In this document: positions 26,587 to 37,831 of the stretch, piece by piece | Position numbering within the stretch: position 1 is the stretch's first letter | Layout of the letters: every line of letters begins with the position of its first letter | NCBI GenBank assembly: GCA_032718475.1 | Contig: JAUCBJ010008487.1 | Span: 1 to 64,000, forward strand | Direction: 5' to 3' | Origin: Nemertoderma westbladi | Taxonomy: Eukaryota > Animalia > Xenacoelomorpha | DNA length: 64,000 nucleotides | Translations under genes and position numbers: made by a program | Notes under the pieces: generated by a model | The model's database searches: none | Told to the model about the DNA's origin: nothing | Seen by the model: the letters and a program-made list of their open reading frames with translations, nothing else

Positions 26587-26871
26587 CCAATAAGGCTGTA
26601 GTTATTTGATTGTAACCAATGTCGTGCAAGTTATATATTAGCTGGACCAATAAGCTATCTTTAAAACCTTGTTAGAACCCATAGAACAATCGAGAATTTT
26701 CTCGATTGATTGCAGCACAAATTTAGTATATAAAGGTGCGATTTCGTTCATTAGTTATCACTATATCTCAATCTTATATCTCAATCTTTCTCAGATTATC
26801 TTATCAATATTCTGTCGTGCTTAGTTTATTCTCAGATTACATTGTATTATAATTGTGTCTTCTGTAATAAA
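26587..26871 (+). promoter_or_regulatory. LTR Pol II promoter and polyadenylation signal
   Basis: CCAAT at 26587, 26616 and 26647; TATATAAA at 26727; AATAAA at 26866. Same order in the right repeat. Confidence 0.65.
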
Positions 26872-28830
26872 GTCAGAATATTCTCTCAGCTTTTCTGTTT
26901 TACTATGAATTCACTACGGTGAACAAACTCAGGGACAGGATGGCCGGCTAGAGATCGGGCCGCAGCAATGAACGGGAACATCACGGGAATGTAGACGAGA
27001 GACAACCCGCAATACCATTTAAAGTTATTCGCCCATCGCCTGAAAGGTTAGACAGCGTTCGATCCTTGCTACCTAAGTATAAGACCAAAAGATCAAAAGG
27101 TAGACGTAGTGACACGCTGCAAGCCTAAAATTACATCATAGGGACTGTACTGTCTTGATTCAGGAAAACCCACAGTAGACCTTCACATTCCTACGGGGGG
27201 AGGGAGAGAGAGCAGATACTAGTACGCAGATAGGACGTAGGCACACCGGTACAAGGCATACACATTGGTTAGGGTGCAGCAAACTGTACGCTTAACTCTT
27301 GCTAAGTACAGGTGTGTGTGCGACTATTTGCCGTACAACAGTGTCCATTACATCAGAACTTGTAGGCTAGGGGGTTGCTGTGTTTTCACCTGAATTGGGA
27401 TTGTACCGTTCAGGCGGTAGGGCAGTTTACGCTAGGCGCAAATAAATTGAGGCTATCAGGGATATACTAACATCTACCGTGTCCCCGCCAACGCCCTAAT
27501 AGGAAGTTACCCGGACTACCTGGGTGACTAAAATTCTAGATAGGAGCCAGGATAGCTATTAGTACCTGTACGCCTACAGTAGTAAACTAACACATCTCTT
27601 CTTAGTATCAGGGACCTGGTACCTAAAATTGCCGAATTCTGGGCGTAGTATTAACCTTATGCCTGAATTTGAGTCCTGGAAATACGCAAGAGGGGAAGGA
27701 ACCTTACCATTCGTGAGTATTGGACCTACAAGTTACAAAATTAGAATATTCGTAAAATGCACACCGTACCCAGTAATTATATATGTGAAGGAGCAAAACT
27801 GTTTTGACCGTTCAGAATTAACACACGCGCGTTAGAAATTATTTACACCTCGAAATATATAAAATTAACTTTGTCCGTACTGTGCTTTGCCCGCTAGTTA
27901 GACATCTCCAAATCTGCTCTATACCTAGCTAGCGTCCCTTTGCCCAACCATATAAATCACACCGCGGCAAAGTATACGAGCCCCTTAGTCCGTCAGTGAG
28001 TCAGCCTGATTTTAGGATTCGCTGCGCGGGATTTGTTTTACCGAAGTTTGTCTGCTCGTAGACTGTTTTCTGCCTCACCGGTTATAAGAGATCGATACTG
28101 CAATATATTCGCTTACTTAGGGTTTACTGTTTTGGTGAGGAGGTCGGATTTATGATTTGATTTACAAACTTTACAGTAGGATATTGCAGGTATTGTTACC
28201 GTCTCTTCCGATAGTAGGAATAGGCGTATCTCTTCCAATTAGTAGGAATGTGTTTTACTGAACTACGGTTCGGTAGGACTAAAGTTTTTTGAAAAATTTG
28301 TATTTTGAGGTAAAATTTATATTTGATTAGCTAAGTGCTAATTTTTTGAAATAAAATTTGATTTGAACCGCGTGTAAAATATTTTGGAATTGAATACCGG
28401 TGTTTAAAAGGGTTTAAATACCATATTGTACCGGTACAAAATTTTTCGTAAAGTAAAACCTAACTCTTTTGTTTTTCAGGATTCAGAACTCATTTCTAGA
28501 CTGTAACGGGAGCAAGACCGTGTTTAGCAAGTTTGGGAGATAGATAACTCAACAACTTTGGTTGGGAAAATCGCGTTTCGTCCGCAACGTTAAAAACGGA
28601 AAGGTTCACGTTCGGTTTGTATCTGGGAATCTGTTTTTCTGGAGAATTATTGGAGTGGGTGAGTTCGAAAAGTTGCATAAATAAGTTAGGCATTACCGTA
28701 TTAGTTAAAATTATTGTGGGTTCCACTGTCTCAAGTATTTATGCATTCTGTATGATTTCTTTGTTCATTGCTGAATTAGTCCGTATTATTGTATTTAATT
28801 TACCTTTTGATAACGCATATCGTTATCCGA

Positions 28831-29020
28831 TTTATTTGTTATAAAATTGGCCGCTAGGCTAATTTTATTATATACTTATTCCGTGACATTTATTTGTTAT
28901 AAAATTGGCCGCTAGGCTAATTTTATTATATACTTATTCCGTGACATTTATTTGCTGTAAAATTGGCCGTTTAGGCTAATTTTATCCATCTGCTATAAAA
29001 TCGGCCGGTAGGCTAATTTT
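28831..29020 (+). repeat. 58-bp tandem repeat in the 5' leader
   Basis: tttatttgttataaaattggccgctaggctaattttat... two full and two partial copies. Confidence 0.85.
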
Positions 29021-29105
29021 ATAAGACTGTAATTAGTACCGTTTTGTATAAATACGGTAAACTCGATACTTTGACACTCACTTTACTTGACTTACAACTA
29101 CCGAA

Positions 29106-30929
29106 ATGAGTGACAAACAAGACTATACGAAGAATACACAAACCGACTATGACTCGTGTGACGGAGATAAGTCAGCAGCGGAAGAACAACAGGGGAAGAC
29201 TCGCGAGCCTACCGAACCTACACCGTGTGCGTCACCGATACATCCAACGGGAGTACCGGATGCCGTAGTACGAGGCGACGGCAGGACCGAGGACTTTCTA
29301 ACTGTTCCGCAACCTAGATATAGGGAAACGGAAATGGTAAGTTCAGCAGGAAGCACAGAAAGTGTGGTTAGAAGCGTCGGTGGATACATGGCGCATATTA
29401 CCAGGAGTATTGGAGAAGGCCAACGCATATTAGACGGGTTGACCGCTCCGATGTCTCGATTCGAGTTCTACACCCTCCAGGTTAGAGTACAGAGTAAAGT
29501 ATATAAGTCCGTAGATAATCTAGTTGGCCTACAAGATCTAGCTAGACAGAGACAGGACATGGATACTCAACTTAGAATCCTCGAGAAACTAATGATCACT
29601 AGAGAGAAACTGATTCAGTTTAAGTCGACGATTAGACAGATACAACAGGAACAAGCGGACCAGTTGTTAGGTGAGTCAGTTTCGGACGAATTATTACAAC
29701 CCGAGGAAGAACAGGAACTGTACCGACTGGATGGACAATTAAAACACCTGACGGACCACTTACGTATGTGCGGCGAAGACGTCGGAGATTGGGAAACCGT
29801 GCCGGAATATACGAAAGAAACTTCACCCGTACGAATTGAATCGGCACCGGGAATACTGGACCAATCGTTGGTAAGTATTCGTAGCGAAATCTGCGAGGGA
29901 AGTATAGTCACGTCAGAAGTTGCTCGACAACAGCAAGAATTCTGCCGACAACGACGAGAAATGGAGGAACAAGCTCAACTTCTAGTGATGCAGGCAGCAG
30001 TAGAGGAAGAGAAGCTACGCGTTGCGAATATAGCAAGAATCTCTCATCTACAGGAACAAGCTGAATTAGAAGCAGCTGAAGTGGAAAGATTAGAAGTAGA
30101 CATTGCCCGACAAGCGGCAGCGGCAGCGGCCGAGGTAGAACGACAAGCGGCAGCGGCAGCGGCCGAGGTAGAACGACAAGCGGCAGCGGCGGCGGCCGAG
30201 GTAGAACGACAAGCGGCAGCGGCGGCGGCCGAGTTAGAGCGACAAAACGCAGCGGCCGAACTGGAGCGACAAACGGCAGCGGCAGCGGCGGAATTAAAAC
30301 GAGAAAGGTTAGTTTCGGAAGCACGGGCCGAAATGAGAACACGGCAAATAAAAGCTCAATCTGCTATACGACAAGCAGAGTTCGAGGCGCAACGACAACA
30401 AACGGAACAACGAGAGAAGACAGTGAAACTTCATTTCGAACTCGAGAAGAAGGCGAGAGAATTAGCGAACGCCGAGGAAGATTTGGATCAAAAGGCCCGC
30501 GATCGATCGATGAGATCTCGTGACGGACATGATTTGGACCAGTTAGAGGTAAGACATCGCCAAATTCAGGAACGGAAGAAGGAAGGAAGCGTAGGAGCAC
30601 CCGGACGGGAACGACAATTAGTAAAAGACGTGTGTCAACGATTCCCACAGGTAACTCATATGTTTGCACCGGTTACGACTAAGGAACCTGTTTTGATTGC
30701 GGGTAGTAGTGATATTTCTCCTATCCATGGTGCGACGGAACACAGGTTTGTTATTCCGGGCGAGTTTACACCGCCAAGAGCAACGTCGTCGCCTATTCCG
30801 AAAGTCAAGGTAAGTAACCCACCGATTACGGATCGTAGTAGTTTATTGACCGGACCTGCGCTACTGACGACAAAACAGGTGAGTCCACCGTCGACACCTA
30901 AACCCGTTACACACACGCTTACCCAATGA
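29106..30929 (+). CDS. BEL/Pao ORF1: coiled-coil N-terminal Gag-like region
   Basis: 607-aa ATG ORF, E/Q/R/A-rich helical, with 33-bp (RQAAAAAAEVE)n repeats; its stop overlaps the ORF2 ATG. Confidence 0.8.
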   Translation: MSDKQDYTKNTQTDYDSCDGDKSAAEEQQGKTREPTEPTPCASPIHPTGVPDAVVRGDGRTEDFLTVPQPRYRETEMVSSAGSTESVVRSVGGYMAHITRSIGEGQRILDGLTAPMSRFEFYTLQVRVQSKVYKSVDNLVGLQDLARQRQDMDTQLRILEKLMITREKLIQFKSTIRQIQQEQADQLLGESVSDELLQPEEEQELYRLDGQLKHLTDHLRMCGEDVGDWETVPEYTKETSPVRIESAPGILDQSLVSIRSEICEGSIVTSEVARQQQEFCRQRREMEEQAQLLVMQAAVEEEKLRVANIARISHLQEQAELEAAEVERLEVDIARQAAAAAAEVERQAAAAAAEVERQAAAAAAEVERQAAAAAAELERQNAAAELERQTAAAAAELKRERLVSEARAEMRTRQIKAQSAIRQAEFEAQRQQTEQREKTVKLHFELEKKARELANAEEDLDQKARDRSMRSRDGHDLDQLEVRHRQIQERKKEGSVGAPGRERQLVKDVCQRFPQVTHMFAPVTTKEPVLIAGSSDISPIHGATEHRFVIPGEFTPPRATSSPIPKVKVSNPPITDRSSLLTGPALLTTKQVSPPSTPKPVTHTLTQ

Positions 30930-33900
30930 CGTTTCGACCAACAAGGCCTTTGGATTCAAATGCTGTCATTCGCCCACCGTTCAACCAATTTACATCGCAA
31001 CCTACGACTTCGAGGAAGACTTGTGAGCCTACCGAACAACGGAGAACAGAGACGCGACCGTTCAACCAGTTTACATCGCAATCTACGACTTCGAGGAAGA
31101 CTTGTGAGCCTACCGAACAACGAAAGCGAGACGATGTTCCGAAACGAACCGTTAGAATTAGTACGACGCAACGGACGCGAGCACGTCGACCACCATATCC
31201 AGATGATAGTAGTACTTCGAGCGAATCGGATTACCCGAAACGCGAGGTATTTAGAACAGGGGCGGCCGATGAATATAAACGCGAGCGTTCAGACAACTCC
31301 TTTGCAGATAATCCTCCACAGAATACACCAACACAGAAGGCGTTACAACCAACGGACGCAATTAGTACACAACAGTTCGCCGACATTCTGCGACCAGTTG
31401 TCAATAAGTTGGCTCAGATCGAGGAGCGTCTGGAGGAAGTTCAAACCGACAGTTCGAGAAATTCCGAATTCGAACACAATAGACACCCGAAGGAACCACA
31501 AAGACCGGTACCTTCAAACCCCATATCGTATCAGGGAAAAGCGCCAAGAAGGGATATCAACCAGTGTACCAACCAAGGACGCGAAACTCTGAACGTTGCT
31601 GAGGAGATAGCAAAATTCGCAGCCAGACAGGGATTGCCGGTACAACAACCACCGAAGTTTTCCGGTAGCTCAAAACACTGGCATACCTTCGTAGACTATA
31701 TCGAATCCCAGATCGCCATGTGCGCCTTTACATCACGGGAGAAGTTCAATTACTTGCTCCAAACGTTGTCAGGAGAACCTAAACGTTTGGCGGAGACTTT
31801 CGTCGGTGTACCGGACGCTTTCGAACTAGCGTACGATCGTTTAACTTCGATATACGGAGGTACAGTGAGCATGGCCAGGTCAGTAATAGAGGAACTCTGT
31901 AAGGGAGGGGCTATCACTAAACCCGTCGACTTACTAAAACTAGCTGACGAAATCAAGAACGCTATCACTACCTTAAGATCAATTGGACAACTTGATTACG
32001 GGAATACCCCTACAGTCCTATTAAAGATAATAGGACGACTCCACCATCGACTTCGTCGGGAGTGGAGGAAGGTCGAATACCAGCGAGAGGAGCGGGGAGG
32101 ATTCTTAAAATTAGAAGATGTGTACCTTTTAATATCCAGGGAGGCGGTAGTAGAAACTCGATCTAACTATACCGACCAGCACATCGTGGCAGAAGGGATC
32201 ACACTGCCATCCTCCAACCGACAAAAACCCCAGACAACATCCACTAAGACGGCCACTTACGCAACACCGACGGAATCACGACAATTCTCAGACGGTAATA
32301 GAGTATCTGCGCCCATTGGGACGAAACAGACGAGACAGCAACTCAGCATCGACTTCAACGGCTGCCAATACTGCGAGCATCTAGGTAAGCGGTATATCGG
32401 TCACAAGTTACGAGGTTGTCGACAATTTCGCGAGTTGAACTCGGAAGAACGACGGCTGCAAATACGGCCACTGGACTCTTGTTGGCGATGTACACGACAC
32501 GGACACGTGCGTAAGGATTGCCCAAATACTGACACTTGTCCATCCTGTGGACGCAACCACGACGGTCTGCTCCACACAGACAGCCACACGCCGACGAAAC
32601 GCTTCGCCAGGGAACACCCGGAAGCAGCAGCGAGATGTGATGCGGCCTACCGAAAACGAGAATCGAAAACGACTCCGACCTTCGTGACACATATTGAGGA
32701 TTGCTTCTCAGAACAATCCGGATCGTCGGACGAAGAATCAGAAGACGACGACGAATATCCCAATGGAGACGAACAACCGTCGATCGCGCTCCTGACTACT
32801 GATCAACTGAAGGGATTCAGTGTAATCCCGATTAAGGTTACTGGCACAAAGGGGAGCAAAAGAATCTACGCGATTCTAGATTCAGCCTCATCTCACAGCT
32901 ACGTGGATGAAAAGATAGCTGACGTCGTGACGGATCTCAGACAAGGTAAACACGTCAGTTATACAGTAAGTAGTATGCACGGACAGCGTGCAATACCAGT
33001 GACACGAGTTAAGTTGGACTTAGACTCTCTTCTTCCAAAATCGCAACACAGCGAGAGGGAGAGGTCTTTGTTGCCCTTTAGAGATCTAACCTTTGCGGCC
33101 ACGAAGGACTTTAGTAACCTACTAGGTCCAGTGCCGGAACAATCTCTGGAGGACCGTAAGTATTTCAGACACCTTGGTGTACCCGAATGTCCTGTCAATT
33201 ATAGATCGGTAGCAATGCTGATCGGGACGGACCAATTCAACCTACATCAGGTGTGGGAAACCAGACCATCGGCAGTTGTAGCAGGAAACGCATACGCCTG
33301 CAGAACGCCGATAGGGTGGTATACACGAGCGCCTGTGCGCACACTAGACGTAAGTGACGAGGAAGACGATGTACAGAGTACATGCAGTTTATTAACTACA
33401 AACTCAATTCATTCCTTTTCACACGACGTGAACCATACTACACTACAGTCGACAAAACATCACAGACGTGTAACTAGTATGATAAGTCACAAGGAGCAGC
33501 TAACCCACAAGGTGAGTTTAGAACTTGGGGAGAAGACGAATCAGCTAGAGATTCCATCGACGACAGATGATAGGCTTGCGAGTCTACCTACCCCAATAAC
33601 CTCAACAGTGCCCGTCGATATCGATGATGACGCGTTGAAAATTCATCAGTTGGAACAAGCCGCCTTGGACAAAGAATTAACGGAGAAGACTATCAGGTGG
33701 TTAGAACAAGATACAGCTGAACCTGGTAGCTACGAACCTTGTATGTCGGAACAGGAGAAACAATCCCTAAAGATCATGGAGGATACTATCCGACAGACGG
33801 AGGACGGACATTACGAGGTGGGGATGTTATGGCGTAGCCAAAGTCCTAAACTTATAAATAACTACCCACTGGCTTTAAGACGTCTACACTCAATACGACA

Positions 33901-36900
33901 ACGTCTATTAAAGGACGAGAAAGCCCATCTGCAGTACAACACTCAGATGGAGACGTATTTGACTGAAGGATACGCTATCCGAATGACTAACCCGGAGCGA
34001 GTGACCGACCAGACATACTACCTGCCACATCACTATGTGAGACACCCCGACAAACCAGATAAAGTACGCGTAGTCAATGATTGTGCGGCTCTATTTGAGG
34101 GAATGTCCCTCAATAGTGAGTTGATGGATGGACCGAACATGAATAATTATCTTATGGGGGTGATTATGCGCTTCCGTCAGCGCCAAGTAGCCTTTACTTG
34201 CGACGTTGAAGCGATGTTTCACCAAGTAAAAGCGTTAGAGCGAGACAGAGACAGTTTGCGGTTTCTCTGGTATCCGGAAGGGGACTTAAGTCTACCACCA
34301 GCGACTTACCAAATGCAAGTTCGCGTTTTCGGTGCCAGAGACAGCCCAAATTGTACGATGTACGCCTTGAAGCAAGCCGCTAGAGATCAGAAACATCTGT
34401 ATGACCCAGAGATAATTAGAATTGTAGAACGTGACTTTTACGTTGATGACGGATTACAGAGTTGCGACACAGTAGAACGTGCTACAACAGTAGCACATCA
34501 ATTACGGGACTGCTTGGCGGGCGGAGGTTTTAACCTCACCAAATTCGCCTCAAACAGTGCCGAATTAGTTGACTCATTCGGAACTACTGAGCGTGGAGGT
34601 GGTGACATAGACCTAGAGTTCGAACCACTACCGACGACTAAGGTGTTGGGGCTCTTTTGGGACCCAAACACAGACAACTTTCGAGTGAAGGTGAGACTGG
34701 ACAGTCAAGGAAACACACTGACCAAGAGATCATGCTTGTCAAAATTGAGCCGATTGTTCGATCCGTTAGGATTCATCAGTCCAGTGATACTGCAAGCCCG
34801 CATTTATATGCGCAGTATATGGAAGGATGGACTAACATGGGACGAGCCGATCTCATCAGACCAAGTGGACTTATGGAAAACCTGGGAGGCGGAATTATCT
34901 TCACTAGAGGATTATTTCATACCCAGGGTTTACTTTCCATTACAGAGTACATTTCCTGACAACTTGGAACTACACTGTTTTTCTGACGCCAGTGACAACG
35001 GTTTTGGTGTGGCAGCGTATTTGCGCAGACAAGTAGAATCGGACGAGTTCGATGTTTCGCTCATTACTTCTAAGGCTAAGACCATGCCTACTAAGTATAT
35101 GACGACACCACGAGCCGAGCTACAAGCCGCGACCCTGTCAACCACCATCGTGAACCTCATACAGACAGAACTACAGTCGAGTTTACAGATATTTTATTGG
35201 ACTGACGCGACGTTAGTTTTATTTTACATAAACAACGACACACTCGAATTCAAGACATTCGTAGCTAACCGTCGCGCGGAAATTCTAGACCGTTCAATAA
35301 AAGAGGATTGGCGACATTGTCCCGGACCACAAAACCCAGCTGATATTGCGTCGCGAGGAATGATGCCTGAGGAATTCTGTAAACCGGAGAACAAAGAGTT
35401 TTGGCAACACGGACCCCAGTTCTTGCAGAAATCGACACAAGATTGGCCTCCGTTGTACGACAACAAGTCCAACACCATTCCTAAGGACGCCGAAATCAAG
35501 AAACCAAAAAAGGGGAAGACAAAGAAAAGGACGACGGCGACAAAACTCAAGAAAAAACCGAAGGCGAAATGGAAGGATATAACTTCAAAGGTCAAGAGAG
35601 GAAGACTTGCGAGCCTTTCTACACCAGACATATCGCCAGACGGTCAACCAGACATATCGCCAGACGGTCAACCAGACACGTTACTAGACAGTCAACCAGA
35701 CATTTTGCCAGACATATCACAAAATGTTCCACCAGACGCTAGTAACACACTGACAAACAGTAAAGCCGCAGTTTCTCTATTGGAGCGGCCTTCTATTGAC
35801 AAACAACTTGATACGTTACCAGGCGTATTGCCAGACACATTACTAGACAGTCGACTAGACACTAGTAATGTATTGACTAACAATAAAGCCGCAGTTTCCC
35901 TATTGGAGCGGCCTTGTATTGACAAACTACCAATTTTGACACACTTGAGCAACCATAAGCATGGTGAAACCTCATGTATTGCAGATGTGGGTAGTACCTA
36001 CGCTAATGTAAATACAGGTGTTACTTTGCGCTCAAGAGACATACCGAACTTACAACCTGTGGTGAGACCTGGGATTAATGTCGGCAGAAAATTAAGTTTA
36101 CCAAAACCCACTGATCCCATAGAGTTCAAACCACCATTAACGATCGACTTACAAAGTACTGACGGTCAAGGTAAGAAGACGAAGAAGGACAAATTACTTG
36201 TAGACCCGGACGGATCAACAGTCAACAAGGGAATACTTACCGGTGGACCCGTGGGCCCTTCTAGTAAATCAAAACCTTCCAAGTTCTCCATTGACTTACC
36301 TGATGACGTCACAAATACTTACGTCGACCGTATTGTAAACTTAACAGACTCTTGGACAAACGCTTGCCGAAAACTAGCGTGGATTGTACGTTTTGTACAA
36401 TACGTTAAAGGCAAACGTGACTTTACACGTCGACTTACATTGGCTGAGATTGACAGGTGTGAGATTAAATTAATTCGCCATTACCAACTGCGATATTTCG
36501 CGCGCGAATTCACATCTATAAATCAAGGTCAACCAATCAAGTCGTCACCGATACTGAGTTGGAGTCCGATAATTTATAATGGCTTAATTTGTCATAAATC
36601 TCGGCTTCAAAACATTGACTTTAACACAAACTTTAGGTACCCAATAATAATACCGCAACATCACGAACTACAACGTGCAATGATACTGGACGCACATTTA
36701 CATCTGAAACACGCTGGAAGACACCACTGTCTTTCCTACTTACGTACTAGATTTGTATTAATTAGACCCAGTAAAGCGTTAAGTTCAGTGACACGTACGT
36801 GTATTATTTGTAAAAAGGTACATTCTAGAATAGGTACCCAAGAAATGAGTGAACTACCACAAGCACGACTTCAAGCATTCAAACCACCTTTTACAGAGAC

Positions 36901-37831
36901 TGGAATTGATTGCTTTGGTCCCATACATACGAAACATGGACGTATACTAGTAAAACGCTGGGGACTGATTTTCACATGTATGTCCAGTAGGGCAGTTCAT
37001 ATTGAACGTGTGATGGATCTTTCCACCAACGCGTTTATACTAGCACTGCGGCGATTTATCGCTAGACGCGGACTAGTAAAATGCTTGTACTCAGACCAAG
37101 GGACAAACTTCGTTGGTGCTCGGAATGAAATTGCCAGAGCCTTTAAGAAATTAGATCATGATCAAATCTCAAACGAACTGCAACCTCACAAGATTGTTTG
37201 GAAGTTCAATCCTCCAGATAGTCCTTGGAGAGGCGGAGTCTGGGAGAGACTGATTAGATCTATAAAGACAGCAATGGCAAAGGTCATTCCAGTAAACCAC
37301 ATATTAACAGACGACCAACTGACAACATTGTTTGTTGAAATCGAGGCAATACTAAATACTAGACCAATAGTATTAGTACCCGATGACAAACAATCCCAGT
37401 TTGCTTTAACACCAGCACACCTGCTTATGCAGGCACCGACGACATTAACGCCGATTTCTATTCCAATAGAAAGCGACAGTTACGGTAGAAAAGCGTGGAA
37501 AATCACGCAACTACTGGCTAACAAATTCTGGGAAATATGGCAAAACCATTATTTGCCCTCTATTTCTGCCAGAACAAACTGGTACAATAACACCCGCGCA
37601 TTAAAGCCGGGAGATCACGTGCTGTTGGCAGAAGTGAATCTAAAAAGACGCTTCTGGATAACAGGTGTCATTTTAGCCACACATCCATCTATGGATGGAG
37701 TGACAAGGACTGTGACGGTACGGACAATTGACGGTCGTACAGTAGACAGACCGACTCAACGTCTCGTACTTCTTGAAGAGACTCGTAACGAGTCTGGAGA
37801 TTACAAATCTCCACCTAATACTAGTAAATAA
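30926..37831 (+). CDS. BEL/Pao Gag-Pol polyprotein (capsid-like domain, zinc knuckles, protease, RT, RNase H, integrase)
   Basis: PPKFSG..W..F / EKFNYLLQTLSGE (DUF1759-like); CQYC..H..C, CWRC..H..C, CPSC..H..LLH; AILDSAS; YYLPHH, LRFLW, FYVDD; LHCFSDAS, PRAELQAA, WTDA; GIDCFGP, SDQGTNF, GGVWERLIRSIK. Confidence 0.97.
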   Translation: MTFRPTRPLDSNAVIRPPFNQFTSQPTTSRKTCEPTEQRRTETRPFNQFTSQSTTSRKTCEPTEQRKRDDVPKRTVRISTTQRTRARRPPYPDDSSTSSESDYPKREVFRTGAADEYKRERSDNSFADNPPQNTPTQKALQPTDAISTQQFADILRPVVNKLAQIEERLEEVQTDSSRNSEFEHNRHPKEPQRPVPSNPISYQGKAPRRDINQCTNQGRETLNVAEEIAKFAARQGLPVQQPPKFSGSSKHWHTFVDYIESQIAMCAFTSREKFNYLLQTLSGEPKRLAETFVGVPDAFELAYDRLTSIYGGTVSMARSVIEELCKGGAITKPVDLLKLADEIKNAITTLRSIGQLDYGNTPTVLLKIIGRLHHRLRREWRKVEYQREERGGFLKLEDVYLLISREAVVETRSNYTDQHIVAEGITLPSSNRQKPQTTSTKTATYATPTESRQFSDGNRVSAPIGTKQTRQQLSIDFNGCQYCEHLGKRYIGHKLRGCRQFRELNSEERRLQIRPLDSCWRCTRHGHVRKDCPNTDTCPSCGRNHDGLLHTDSHTPTKRFAREHPEAAARCDAAYRKRESKTTPTFVTHIEDCFSEQSGSSDEESEDDDEYPNGDEQPSIALLTTDQLKGFSVIPIKVTGTKGSKRIYAILDSASSHSYVDEKIADVVTDLRQGKHVSYTVSSMHGQRAIPVTRVKLDLDSLLPKSQHSERERSLLPFRDLTFAATKDFSNLLGPVPEQSLEDRKYFRHLGVPECPVNYRSVAMLIGTDQFNLHQVWETRPSAVVAGNAYACRTPIGWYTRAPVRTLDVSDEEDDVQSTCSLLTTNSIHSFSHDVNHTTLQSTKHHRRVTSMISHKEQLTHKVSLELGEKTNQLEIPSTTDDRLASLPTPITSTVPVDIDDDALKIHQLEQAALDKELTEKTIRWLEQDTAEPGSYEPCMSEQEKQSLKIMEDTIRQTEDGHYEVGMLWRSQSPKLINNYPLALRRLHSIRQRLLKDEKAHLQYNTQMETYLTEGYAIRMTNPERVTDQTYYLPHHYVRHPDKPDKVRVVNDCAALFEGMSLNSELMDGPNMNNYLMGVIMRFRQRQVAFTCDVEAMFHQVKALERDRDSLRFLWYPEGDLSLPPATYQMQVRVFGARDSPNCTMYALKQAARDQKHLYDPEIIRIVERDFYVDDGLQSCDTVERATTVAHQLRDCLAGGGFNLTKFASNSAELVDSFGTTERGGGDIDLEFEPLPTTKVLGLFWDPNTDNFRVKVRLDSQGNTLTKRSCLSKLSRLFDPLGFISPVILQARIYMRSIWKDGLTWDEPISSDQVDLWKTWEAELSSLEDYFIPRVYFPLQSTFPDNLELHCFSDASDNGFGVAAYLRRQVESDEFDVSLITSKAKTMPTKYMTTPRAELQAATLSTTIVNLIQTELQSSLQIFYWTDATLVLFYINNDTLEFKTFVANRRAEILDRSIKEDWRHCPGPQNPADIASRGMMPEEFCKPENKEFWQHGPQFLQKSTQDWPPLYDNKSNTIPKDAEIKKPKKGKTKKRTTATKLKKKPKAKWKDITSKVKRGRLASLSTPDISPDGQPDISPDGQPDTLLDSQPDILPDISQNVPPDASNTLTNSKAAVSLLERPSIDKQLDTLPGVLPDTLLDSRLDTSNVLTNNKAAVSLLERPCIDKLPILTHLSNHKHGETSCIADVGSTYANVNTGVTLRSRDIPNLQPVVRPGINVGRKLSLPKPTDPIEFKPPLTIDLQSTDGQGKKTKKDKLLVDPDGSTVNKGILTGGPVGPSSKSKPSKFSIDLPDDVTNTYVDRIVNLTDSWTNACRKLAWIVRFVQYVKGKRDFTRRLTLAEIDRCEIKLIRHYQLRYFAREFTSINQGQPIKSSPILSWSPIIYNGLICHKSRLQNIDFNTNFRYPIIIPQHHELQRAMILDAHLHLKHAGRHHCLSYLRTRFVLIRPSKALSSVTRTCIICKKVHSRIGTQEMSELPQARLQAFKPPFTETGIDCFGPIHTKHGRILVKRWGLIFTCMSSRAVHIERVMDLSTNAFILALRRFIARRGLVKCLYSDQGTNFVGARNEIARAFKKLDHDQISNELQPHKIVWKFNPPDSPWRGGVWERLIRSIKTAMAKVIPVNHILTDDQLTTLFVEIEAILNTRPIVLVPDDKQSQFALTPAHLLMQAPTTLTPISIPIESDSYGRKAWKITQLLANKFWEIWQNHYLPSISARTNWYNNTRALKPGDHVLLAEVNLKRRFWITGVILATHPSMDGVTRTVTVRTIDGRTVDRPTQRLVLLEETRNESGDYKSPPNTSK

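Larger units (their letters stand above)
26317..28241 (+). repeat. Left terminal direct repeat (LTR, or LTR plus leader)
   Basis: Aligns with 41084-43023 with only scattered substitutions and one short variable patch near 26755-26770. Confidence 0.93.

Noticed and set aside
27629-27835. 68-aa ORF duplicated at 42410-42616
   Set aside because: TTG start and no motifs; duplicated only because it lies in the terminal repeat.
28133-28150. TGGTGAGGAGGTCGGATT as primer-binding site
   Set aside because: Spacing is one base short of a tRNA 3' complement, it is not preceded by CA, and it is also present inside the right repeat; unresolved rather than supported.
29147-37389. Short antisense and alternate-frame ORFs within gag-pol
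   Set aside because: Expected shadow ORFs of a long coding region, with no recognisable motifs.
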